This document shows positions 17,268 to 24,764 of a stretch of 64,000 bases of DNA, piece after piece. The notes under the pieces were generated by a model. The model searched no databases and was not told the origin of the DNA. It saw only the letters and a list, made by a program, of their open reading frames with translations. The position numbers and the translations under genes were made by a program. The stretch's first letter is position 1, and every line of letters starts with the position of its first letter. Source of the DNA: an uncultured delta proteobacterium (GTDB lineage: Bacteria > Desulfobacterota > Binatia > HRBIN30 > BPIQ01); contig CAVXGR010000025.1 of assembly GCA_963761335.1 (NCBI GenBank), positions 20,366 through 84,365 of the forward strand. Reading direction: 5' to 3'.

Positions 17268-18062
17268 ATGGCCGATTCCCAATCCGTGCAGCTGAGCGTC
17301 GAGGGCGGCGTCGCCTGGATCACTCTCAACCGCCCCGAGGCGCGCAATGCCGTCAACGCGGAGATGCGCGACGAGGTGATCTCGATCTTGACGCGGGCGC
17401 GCACCGACGGCGATATCCGCGCCGTCGTTCTCACCGGAGCCGGCAAGGGGTTCTGCACCGGCGCCGACCTCTCCGGACCCCGAGGGCAGGGTCCCTCCGG
17501 CCCCGGGGCGGCGCGCGAGACGATGCGCAACAGCTCGCAGCGGCTGATTCGCACCGTCTGGGAGCTCGAGAAGCCGGTGATCGCCGCCGTCAACGGTGTC
17601 GCCGCCGGTCTCGGATGTCATCTGGCCTTCGCCTGCGACCTGGTCGTTGCCGCCGCCGAGGCCCGCTTCATCGAGGTGTTCGTGCGGCGCGGCATTGCCA
17701 TCGACGCCGGCGGCGCCTTCCTGCTGCCCCGCCTGATCGGCCTGGCGCGCGCCAAGGAGCTGGTCTTCTTCGGCGACGACCTCAGTGCGGGGCGCGCTTT
17801 GGAGATCGGTCTCATCAACCGCGTCGTTCCCGGAGAGGAGCTGGCACAGGCGGCACGCGAGTGGGCCGAGCGGCTGGCGCGCGGGCCGACGTTCGCCATC
17901 GGCATGTCGAAGCGCCTCCTCAACCGCTCCCTGGAGTCGAGCCTGGAGACCTGCCTCGAAGAGGAGGCCATGGCGCAGTCGCTGGTGACTCAGTCGGAGG
18001 ACACGCGCGAGGGTCTGACGGCGTTCGCCGAGCGGCGCGAGCCGCACTTCAAAGGTCGCTGA
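17268..18062 (+). CDS. Enoyl-CoA hydratase/isomerase (crotonase family)
   Basis: ATG 17268 preceded by GAGGAGG. Motifs: VAWITLNRPEARNAVN, VVLTGAGKGFCTGADL, VIAAVNGVAAGLGCHLAFACD and the C-terminal EGLTAFAERREPHFKGR. Confidence 0.9.
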   Translation: MADSQSVQLSVEGGVAWITLNRPEARNAVNAEMRDEVISILTRARTDGDIRAVVLTGAGKGFCTGADLSGPRGQGPSGPGAARETMRNSSQRLIRTVWELEKPVIAAVNGVAAGLGCHLAFACDLVVAAAEARFIEVFVRRGIAIDAGGAFLLPRLIGLARAKELVFFGDDLSAGRALEIGLINRVVPGEELAQAAREWAERLARGPTFAIGMSKRLLNRSLESSLETCLEEEAMAQSLVTQSEDTREGLTAFAERREPHFKGR

Positions 18063-18143
18063 GGCCCGCGGATCCCTGCCCCAGCGGAAGACGGCCAGGC
18101 GCCCGTATCGCCGCTTCAGGCGAGGGCGGGAGCTGGCGTTTCG

Positions 18144-18172
18144 TTTGACAAGGAGCCTATCGTCGGTGACTA
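18144..18172 (+). promoter_or_regulatory. Candidate sigma70-type promoter
   Basis: Perfect TTGACA at 18144-18149. After a 17-nt spacer comes GACTAT at 18167-18172, which carries A2, A5 and T6 of TATAAT. It lies 146 nt upstream of ATG 18318. The call rests on the sequence pattern only. Confidence 0.25.
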
Positions 18173-18243
18173 TCGACGTCATGGAGGGACGCTTCGCGCT
18201 GACGGAGCGGGTTGGGCCGGCCCTCCATCGCGCCGGCGCGAGC

Positions 18244-18273
18244 GTGGGAGCGGCACTTCGGTGCGGCTCCCAC
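18244..18273 (+). other. Strong stem-loop with cUUCGg tetraloop in the leader of the next gene
   Basis: gtgggagcggcac-ttcg-gtgcggctcccac pairs at 12 of 13 positions. The loop is TTCG closed by C-G. It ends 45 nt upstream of ATG 18318. Confidence 0.6.
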
Positions 18274-18317
18274 GCCGCGTTCGACGCTGTCGACACCGAG
18301 TTTTCCTCCCCGTGGTG

Positions 18318-18995
18318 ATGGAAGGTGCCGTCGCGAATTGGGTGCGCGAGCTCCGGGGATGCGTGAGCGCCGCCGACCTCGATGACCTGCGCCGGGCGAT
18401 CAGCGGCGGGGAATCCCTCTTTCGCGAGGTCAACGGCTTTGCCGGGATGGCGCCGCGCTATCGGGTGATCCACGGCACCGCCGTCCACCGCGCCCTGCCG
18501 CAGGTGGTGAGCTTTGGAGAGCGCCTGGTTCGACCTCTGGTGGAGGCATTTGCGGGAAGGCCCCTGGCGCCGCTGCGAGAGAACGCCTTCGACATTCGCA
18601 TCCAGCTCTTCCGGCGCGGCGGCGACTACTTCCGCTGGCATTTCGACGGCCACACCTACAACGCCCTGGTGACCCTGACCAACACCATCGGCGCCGAGAC
18701 CGAGGTCGTACCCTTTGCCGTCAGCCGTGCGGTGCGCCGCGTCTATATGCCCTTTGCCCTGTTTCCCACTGTCTTCTCAGTCTTGCCGCGCATGCGCTTC
18801 GCCATGGACGCGGGCGACGTCCTGGTGTTGCGCGGCGGGCAGCTCCTGCACCGCGGCGTGTGCCACGGCGCGGAGGGAGAGCGGTTGCTGATCGTCTTCG
18901 GCTACAACGACGCCGACGCCCCGCCGCGCCGGGTCTCGCCGTTTCGCCGCCGTGTCAGCCGCTTGATCAACTACGGCGAGCTGGGCCCCGGGTGA
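18318..18995 (+). CDS. Putative 2OG-Fe(II) oxygenase-superfamily protein
   Basis: Frame of ORF 18261..18995, ATG 18318. HxD in FRWHFDGHTYNALVTLTN. Distal His and Arg in AGDVLVLRGGQLLHRGV....GERLLIVFGY. This pattern fits the jelly-roll 2OG oxygenase layout. The family was not confirmed by search. Confidence 0.45.
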   Translation: MEGAVANWVRELRGCVSAADLDDLRRAISGGESLFREVNGFAGMAPRYRVIHGTAVHRALPQVVSFGERLVRPLVEAFAGRPLAPLRENAFDIRIQLFRRGGDYFRWHFDGHTYNALVTLTNTIGAETEVVPFAVSRAVRRVYMPFALFPTVFSVLPRMRFAMDAGDVLVLRGGQLLHRGVCHGAEGERLLIVFGYNDADAPPRRVSPFRRRVSRLINYGELGPG

Positions 18996-19014
18996 CGGAG
19001 GCTGTCTCAAACAC

Positions 19015-20527
19015 CTGGGCAGGACGATTCCGCCGGCACGCGGGCAAGGGAGAAGCGGCGTCTCGCCGCTTCGAAAGCGCCGGGACGGCGCTTCTACCTG
19101 GGCAGGACGATTCCGCCGGCACGCGGGCCAAGTAGAAGCGGCGTCTCGCCGCTTCGGAAAGCGCGGGACGGCGCTTCTACTGGGCAGGACGATGCCGCCG
19201 GCACGCGGGCAAGGTAGAAGCGGCGTCTCGCCGCTTCGAAAGCGCCGGGACGGCGCTTCTACCTGGGCAGAACGACGCCGCCGGCACGCGGGCAAGGGAG
19301 AAGCGGCGTCTCGCCGCTTCGAAAGCGCCGGGACGGCGCTTCTACCTGGGCAGAACGATTCCGCCGGCACGCGGGCAAGGTAGAAGCGGCGTCTCGCCGC
19401 TTCGAAAAGCGCCGGGACGGCGCTTCTACCTGGGCAGAACGACGCCGTCGATCCGCGGGCCAAGTAGAAGCGGCGTCTCGCCGCTTCGGAAAGCGCCGGG
19501 ACGGCGCTTCTACGTGGGGCAGAACGACGCCGCCGGCACGCGGGCAAGGGAGAAGCGGCGTCTCGCCGCTTCGAAAGCGCCGGGGCGGCGCTTCTACGTG
19601 GGCAGAACGATGCCGCCGGCACGCGGACCAAGTAGAAGCGGCGTCTCGCCGCTTCGAAAAGCGCCGGGACGGCGCTTCGGCGCTTCTACCTGGGCAGAAC
19701 GACGCCGCCGGCACGCGGACCAAGTAGAAGCGGCGTCTCGCCGCTTCGAAAAGCGCCGGGACGGCGCTTCTACTGGGCAGGACGATGCCGCCGGCACGCG
19801 GGCAAGGTAGAAGCGGCGTCTCGCCGCTTCGGAAAGCGCCGGGACGGCGCTTCTACGTGGGCAGGACGATTCCGCCGGCACGCGGACCAAGTAGAAGCGG
19901 CGTCTCGCCGCTTCGAAAAGCGCCGGGACGCCGCTTCTACGTGGGCAGAACGATGCCGCCGGCACGCGGACCAAGTAGAAGCGGCGTCTCGCCGCTTCGA
20001 AAAGCGCCGGGACGCCGCTTCTACGTGGGCAGAACGATGCCGCCGGCACGCGGACCAAGTAGAAGCGGCGTCTCGCCGCTTCGAAAAGCGCCGGGACGGC
20101 GCTTCTACTGGGCAGGACGATGCCGCCGGCACGCGGACCAAGTAGAAGCGGCGTCTCGCCGCTTCGAAAAGCGCCGGGACGGCGCTTCTACCTGGGCAGA
20201 ACGACGCCGCCGGCACGCGGACCAAGTAGAAGCGGCGTCTCGCCGCTTCGGAAAGCGCCGGGACGGCGCTTCTACCTGGGCAGAACGACGCCGTCGGCAC
20301 GCGGGCAAGGGAGAAGCGGCGTCTCGCCGCTTCGGAAAGCGCCGGGACGGCGCTTCTACGTGGGGCAGAACGATGCCGCCGGCACGCGGACCAAGTAGAA
20401 GCGGCGTCTCGCCGCTTCGAAAAGCGCCGGGACGGCGCTTCTACTGGGCAGGACGATTCCGCCGGCACGCGGGCAAGGGAGAAGCGGCGTCTCGCCGCTT
20501 CGAAAAGCGCCGGGACGGCGCTTCTAC
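19015..20527. repeat. Tandem array of 18 units of 83-84 bp (linker L plus double-hairpin module S)
   Basis: The TGGGCAG motif recurs at 19016, 19099, 19181, 19264, 19347, 19431, 19515, 19599, 19691, 19774, 19858, 19942, 20026, 20109, 20193, 20277, 20361 and 20445. The unit is CTGGGCAGRACGAYKCCGCCGGCACGCGGRCMAR followed by GTAGAAGCGGCGTCTCGCCGCTTCGRAAAGCGCCGGGACGGCGCTTCTAC. Periods are 82 to 84 bp, with one of 92. Confidence 0.95.
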
Positions 20528-20531
20528 TTTT
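20478..20531 (+). terminator. Possible intrinsic terminator formed by the last array unit
   Basis: The last S module ends in CGCTTCTAC, which pairs with GAGAAGCG at its 5' end. The inner hairpin is AAGCGCC-GGGAC-GGCGCTT. TTTT follows directly at 20528-20531. It lies downstream of the + strand gene ending at 18995, with 1.5 kb of repeats in between. Confidence 0.3.
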
Positions 20532-20596
20532 GTGAAGCCTCCGAAGATCGGCGGCCGCAGGTACAACTGCGCGCCCGTAGCTGTTAGGCTGGACTG

Positions 20597-22000
20597 GTGC
20601 CGCACTACGATCTGATCGTTCTGGGCAGCGGTCCCGCCGGGCAGAAGGCCGCCATTCAGGCCGCCAAGCTGCGCCGGCAGGTCGCTATCGTCGAGCGCCG
20701 TGATCTCGGCGGCGTCTGCATCAACACCGGCACCATCCCCAGCAAGACCCTGCGCGAGGCGGTGCTCTATCTCTGGGGCTACCGGCAGCGCACCTTCTAC
20801 GGGAGCAGCTACCGGGTGAAGGAGGACATCGGCATTCAGGACCTGCTGATGCGCGCCCACCACGTCACCCAGGTCGAGCACGACGTCATCCGCGACCAGA
20901 TGACGCGCAACTTCGTGCACATGATCTCCGGGCTGGCGAGCTTCAAGGATGCGCACACGATTCGCGTCGAGCGGCTCGACGGCGCCGAGGAGCTGAGCGG
21001 CGACGTCATCATCGTGGCAACCGGGACGCTGCCGGCGCGGCCGCCATCGGTGGCCTTCGATCGCCGCTACATCATCGACTCCGACGGCCTGCTCGATCTG
21101 CCCTCGCTCCCCCGCTCCATGATCGTGGTTGGCGGCGGCGTCATCGGCGCCGAGTACGCCACCATTTTTGCGCAGGCCGGCGTGCGCGTCACTCTCATCG
21201 AGCGGCGGCCGACGATTCTCGACTTCGTCGACTCGGAGATTACCGAGATCCTCAAGTATCACATTCGACAAGCTGGCGTAACCTTGCGGTTCGGAGATGA
21301 AGTCGTTGCCGTCGACAAGCCGGAGGAGGCCGGCGGCATGGCCACTGCTCACCTCAAGAGCGGCAAGCGGGTCTCGGCCGAGACGCTGCTCTTCTCCGCC
21401 GGCAGACGCGGCGCCACTGACGGCCTCAACCTGCGGGGGGCGGGGGTGGAGACCGACAGTCGCGGCCGCATTCGCGCCGACGAGTTCTTTCGCACCGGGG
21501 TGCCGCACATCTACGCGGTCGGCGACGTCATCGGCTTCCCGAGCCTCGCCTCGACGTCGATGGAGCAGGGGCGCCTGGCCGCTTGCCACGCCTTCGGTGT
21601 GCCGGCGCCGCCGATGCCGAGCCGCTACCCGTTCGGCATCTACACCGTGCCGGAGATCTCGATGATCGGCGAGACCGAGGAGCAGCTCACCGAGAAAGCC
21701 GTTCCCTACGAGGTCGGGCGCGCTCGCTACCGGGAGATCGCCCGCGGCGCCATCATCGGCGACGAGGCGGGCATGGTGAAGCTTCTCTGCCACGCCGACT
21801 CCCGCAAGCTTCTCGGCGTGCACGCCATCGGCGAGGGCGCCACCGAGCTGATCCACATCGGCCAGGCGGTGCTGGCCTTCGACGGGCGACTCGATTACTT
21901 CGTCGAGAACGTCTTCAACTACCCGACCCTGGCGGAGTGCTACAAGGTGGCGGCTCTCGACGCCATGAACAAGCTCGGCGCCGCCATGCCGTCGCGCTAA
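20597..22000 (+). CDS. sthA: Soluble pyridine nucleotide transhydrogenase (SthA/UdhA)
   Basis: GTG 20597. MPHYDLIVLGSGPAGQ. GGVCINTGTIPSK has Thr in place of the second redox Cys of Lpd, as in SthA. VPYEVGRARYREIARG and FNYPTLAECYKVAALD align closely with E. coli SthA as I remember it. Confidence 0.88.
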   Translation: MPHYDLIVLGSGPAGQKAAIQAAKLRRQVAIVERRDLGGVCINTGTIPSKTLREAVLYLWGYRQRTFYGSSYRVKEDIGIQDLLMRAHHVTQVEHDVIRDQMTRNFVHMISGLASFKDAHTIRVERLDGAEELSGDVIIVATGTLPARPPSVAFDRRYIIDSDGLLDLPSLPRSMIVVGGGVIGAEYATIFAQAGVRVTLIERRPTILDFVDSEITEILKYHIRQAGVTLRFGDEVVAVDKPEEAGGMATAHLKSGKRVSAETLLFSAGRRGATDGLNLRGAGVETDSRGRIRADEFFRTGVPHIYAVGDVIGFPSLASTSMEQGRLAACHAFGVPAPPMPSRYPFGIYTVPEISMIGETEEQLTEKAVPYEVGRARYREIARGAIIGDEAGMVKLLCHADSRKLLGVHAIGEGATELIHIGQAVLAFDGRLDYFVENVFNYPTLAECYKVAALDAMNKLGAAMPSR

Positions 22001-22066
22001 CCGGCGGCATTCGAAGATCGCGCCGGAGCCCCGGCCTTGGTTGCGGGCAGACGCCGCGGTGGCCGC

Positions 22067-23755
22067 TCACACCTCGAGCAGCGACTCGCGGCCGCGCGCC
22101 CGGAAGGCGCCGCGGAGCCGCTGGTACGCCGCCTCGTCGAGACGCCGATAGCCCGCGTCCGCCGCCGGGCGCCAGTAGATCGGATCCGCCACCAGCTCGA
22201 GGCGGAACTTCTCGCGGCGCAGCTCGCGCACCAGCGGCTTGTTGGTGGCGGTGCGCGGCAGATCGCGGGCGACGCGGACGTAGGTCGGGATCCACTTGGG
22301 CGAGATGTCGGGCTGCCCGCGCAGAAAACGCAGCAGCTCCTCGGCGTCGAAGGCGGCGTCGTCGGCGAGCACCAGGGTCGCCATCACCCGATCGCCCGCG
22401 TCCACATCGGGCACGCCGTAAACGCTGCAGAGGTACACCTGTGGATGTCGTTGCAGGATGTCCTCGACGGGCTTCGCCAGGAAGTTCTCGCCGTCGACGC
22501 GGATCCAGCTGATGTCGCGCCCGGTGAAGTAGAGAAAGCCGCGCTCGTCGCGGTAGCCGAAGTCGCCGCTCCAGTACATACCGCCGCGGCAGCGCTCACG
22601 GCTCGCCTCCTCGTTCTTGTAGTAGCCCTCGAACTTGCCGACGCCCGCAGTGTTGACGATCTCGCCGATCGCCTCGTCGGGGTTGAGGATGCGGCGGCGC
22701 TCGTCCAGACGCGCCCGCGGGCACTCGACACTGCTGGCGTCGAGCACGCGCACGGCGTCGGGCGACAGGCCGACGCTGCCCACCGGGTCGTCGGGGCGGC
22801 GCACGAAGCCGAAGCCGCCCTCGCTGGCGCCGAAGCCGTCGATCACCTCGCAGCCGAAGCGCGCCGCGAACTCCGCCGTGATGCGCGGCGACCCCTCGTT
22901 GCCGTAGGCGACCCGCAAGGGGTTCTCTGCATCGTCCGTCCGCCGCGGCGTGGTGAGGATGTACGCCAAGGGCTTGCCGGTGTAGTTGAAGTAGGTCACC
23001 CCGTAGCGGCGCACGTCGGCGAGCCATTGGCTCTTCGAGAAGCGGCGGATCATGCCGAGGCGGGCGCCGCGCAGGAGCGCCGGCATGAAGCCGCACTGCT
23101 GGGAGTTGGCGTGGAAGAGGGGCATCGCCAGATAGCCGGTGTCGGCGCCGCTCACGCCCATGAGGCCGCCGACGTACTCGGCCGTCGAGCACATGCGCCG
23201 GTGCGAGATGATCACCGCCTTGGGCGCCCCGGTGGTGCCCGAGGTGAAGACCAGGCAGAGGGGATCGCCCTCGGCAAGCGGCCGCTGCGGATCCGCGTCG
23301 CGGCAACCGTCGAGAGCCGCCTCGAGCGAGACACCGAAGGGCACGGCGCCGCCCCAGCGCGTGGTTACCAGAAGCCGCTCCTCGGAGAACGGGAGCCGGG
23401 CGCGTATCGGCTCGAGAAGACCCAGGTGCGCCGGCTCGCTGAGCAGCAGCGCGCAGTCGCTGTGGGCGATGTCGCGGCGCAGATGCTCGCCGCGCTGCAC
23501 GGGGTTGATGCCGACCACCACGGCGCCGGCGAGAGCCGCGCCGCCGATCGCCAGCAGGTACTCGGGAAGGTTGTCGAGCAGCACGCCGACGTGGAAGGGC
23601 GCCGATCGCGGACGTCGTTCGAGAAAGAGGCGCGCGTAGCGGCAGCTCTCGCGGTAGTACTCCGCGTGGCTCAGCTGGAAATCGTCGAAGAGAATGAAGG
23701 GCCGCTGGCGGTCGGCGCCGCCGCCGTTGCGGCGAATGAGATCGGCGACGGTCAT
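22067..23755 (-). CDS. AMP-dependent (long-chain-type) acyl-CoA synthetase
   Basis: ORF 22067..23761, with ATG at 23755 (MTVADLIRR). AMP-binding motif LVFTSGTTGAPKAV. Then GGMYWSGDFGYRDERGFLYFTGRDISWIRVDGENF and the C-terminal TATNKPLVRELR. Confidence 0.88.
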   Translation of the reverse strand: MTVADLIRRNGGGADRQRPFILFDDFQLSHAEYYRESCRYARLFLERRPRSAPFHVGVLLDNLPEYLLAIGGAALAGAVVVGINPVQRGEHLRRDIAHSDCALLLSEPAHLGLLEPIRARLPFSEERLLVTTRWGGAVPFGVSLEAALDGCRDADPQRPLAEGDPLCLVFTSGTTGAPKAVIISHRRMCSTAEYVGGLMGVSGADTGYLAMPLFHANSQQCGFMPALLRGARLGMIRRFSKSQWLADVRRYGVTYFNYTGKPLAYILTTPRRTDDAENPLRVAYGNEGSPRITAEFAARFGCEVIDGFGASEGGFGFVRRPDDPVGSVGLSPDAVRVLDASSVECPRARLDERRRILNPDEAIGEIVNTAGVGKFEGYYKNEEASRERCRGGMYWSGDFGYRDERGFLYFTGRDISWIRVDGENFLAKPVEDILQRHPQVYLCSVYGVPDVDAGDRVMATLVLADDAAFDAEELLRFLRGQPDISPKWIPTYVRVARDLPRTATNKPLVRELRREKFRLELVADPIYWRPAADAGYRRLDEAAYQRLRGAFRARGRESLLEV

Positions 23756-23756
23756 C

Positions 23757-23817
23757 CTCAATCACTTCTCAATCACTTGATTGACTTCGCATACGCGGAA
23801 GTGCTAGCGCAAGTCAA
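23757..23817. promoter_or_regulatory. Divergent control region with direct repeats and dyads (candidate operator)
   Basis: CTCAATCACTT occurs twice in tandem (23757-23767 and 23768-23778). A perfect dyad TCAATCA-CT-TGATTGA lies at 23769-23784. A second dyad pairs TTGACTT (23781-23787) with AAGTCAA (23811-23817). The segment is an AT-richer island between start codons at 23755 (-) and 23838 (+). Confidence 0.4.
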
Positions 23818-23837
23818 CTTTCGATCGGGAGGGACGC

Positions 23838-24728
23838 ATGTTGTTGCAGGGAAAAGTCGCGGTGGTGACCGGTTCCGGCCGCGGCATCGGCCGGGGAATT
23901 GCCCTGGCGTTGGCGCGCGAAGGCGCGCGCCTGGTGATCAACGACGTCGGCTGCGACGTCAACGGCCGCGGCGGCGCCGAGGATCCGGCGGCACAGGTGG
24001 TCCGCGAGATCGAGACCATCGGCTCGCAGGCGGTTCCCAACTACGACTCCGTCTCCTCCTTCAGCGGCGCCGAGGCGATCATCCGCACGGCGACCGAGAA
24101 GTTCGGGCGCATCGACATCCTGGTGAACAATGCCGGGATCGTGCGCGACCGCTCCATCGCCAAGATGACCGAGGACGACTTCGACGCCGTCCTCGCCGTG
24201 CACCTCAAGGGAAGCTTCAACTGCGGTCGGCATGCCATCCCGATCATGCGCGAGCAGGGCTACGGCCGCATCATCAACATCACCTCGAGCGCCGGCCTGC
24301 GCGGAAACTTCGGACAGTCCAATTACGGCGCCGCCAAGGCCGGGATCATGGGTCTGACGCTGGTGTGGGCCATCGAGCTCGGCAAGTACGGCATCACCGT
24401 GAATGCCATGGCTCCATCGGGAATGACGCGCATGACCGGCACCATCCCCGGCTTGGAGGGCAAGGAGCCGCCGCCGGAGATGAACGCCGAGCTGAACGGG
24501 CCGCTGATCGCCTTCCTGGGCTCGGAGCGAGCCGCGCACGTGAACGGACAGATCTTCGGGCGCCGCGGCTTCGGCTACACCATCTTTCAGCAGCCGCGGC
24601 CGATCGCCATGATGTACAAGCCGGGCGGGCTCAGCGCCGCCGAGGTGGCCGACAACTTCGACGCCGTGTTCGGCGAGCATCTGCAGACGATCGGTATCCC
24701 GCAGCTGCGCCGCGAAGAGAAGAAGTAG
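23838..24728 (+). CDS. Short-chain dehydrogenase/reductase (SDR)
   Basis: GKVAVVTGSGRGIGRGIA (TGxxxGxG), NNAG, and the catalytic YGAAK in SNYGAAKAGIMGLT. It resembles the 3-hydroxyacyl-CoA dehydrogenase-type SDR of multifunctional enzyme 2. Confidence 0.85.
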   Translation: MLLQGKVAVVTGSGRGIGRGIALALAREGARLVINDVGCDVNGRGGAEDPAAQVVREIETIGSQAVPNYDSVSSFSGAEAIIRTATEKFGRIDILVNNAGIVRDRSIAKMTEDDFDAVLAVHLKGSFNCGRHAIPIMREQGYGRIINITSSAGLRGNFGQSNYGAAKAGIMGLTLVWAIELGKYGITVNAMAPSGMTRMTGTIPGLEGKEPPPEMNAELNGPLIAFLGSERAAHVNGQIFGRRGFGYTIFQQPRPIAMMYKPGGLSAAEVADNFDAVFGEHLQTIGIPQLRREEKK

Positions 24729-24764
24729 CCAACCGGCAGCCGCCGGCTGCGCCTCGCCTCTCCC

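Noticed and set aside
19015-20527. CRISPR array, read as a 49-nt repeat with 34-nt spacers and 18 units
   Set aside because: The would-be spacers are about 85-95 percent identical to each other and differ only at a few polymorphic sites. The period varies by 1-nt indels. The repeat is much longer and more palindromic than typical CRISPR repeats. No cas genes or leader are present in the window. It is a tandem satellite-like repeat, not an array of acquired spacers.
19259-20615. Long ORFs through the array on both strands (for example 19785..20615 +, 19770..20468 -) that encode 28-aa repeat proteins rich in R, A and P
   Set aside because: Single-nucleotide indels between units switch the repeat peptide between frames within the same ORF (PPARGPSRSGVSPLRKAPGRRFY versus RRHADQVEAASRRFEKRRDGAST). 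No ribosome-binding site is visible, and ORFs are open on both strands as expected for GC-rich stop-poor DNA.
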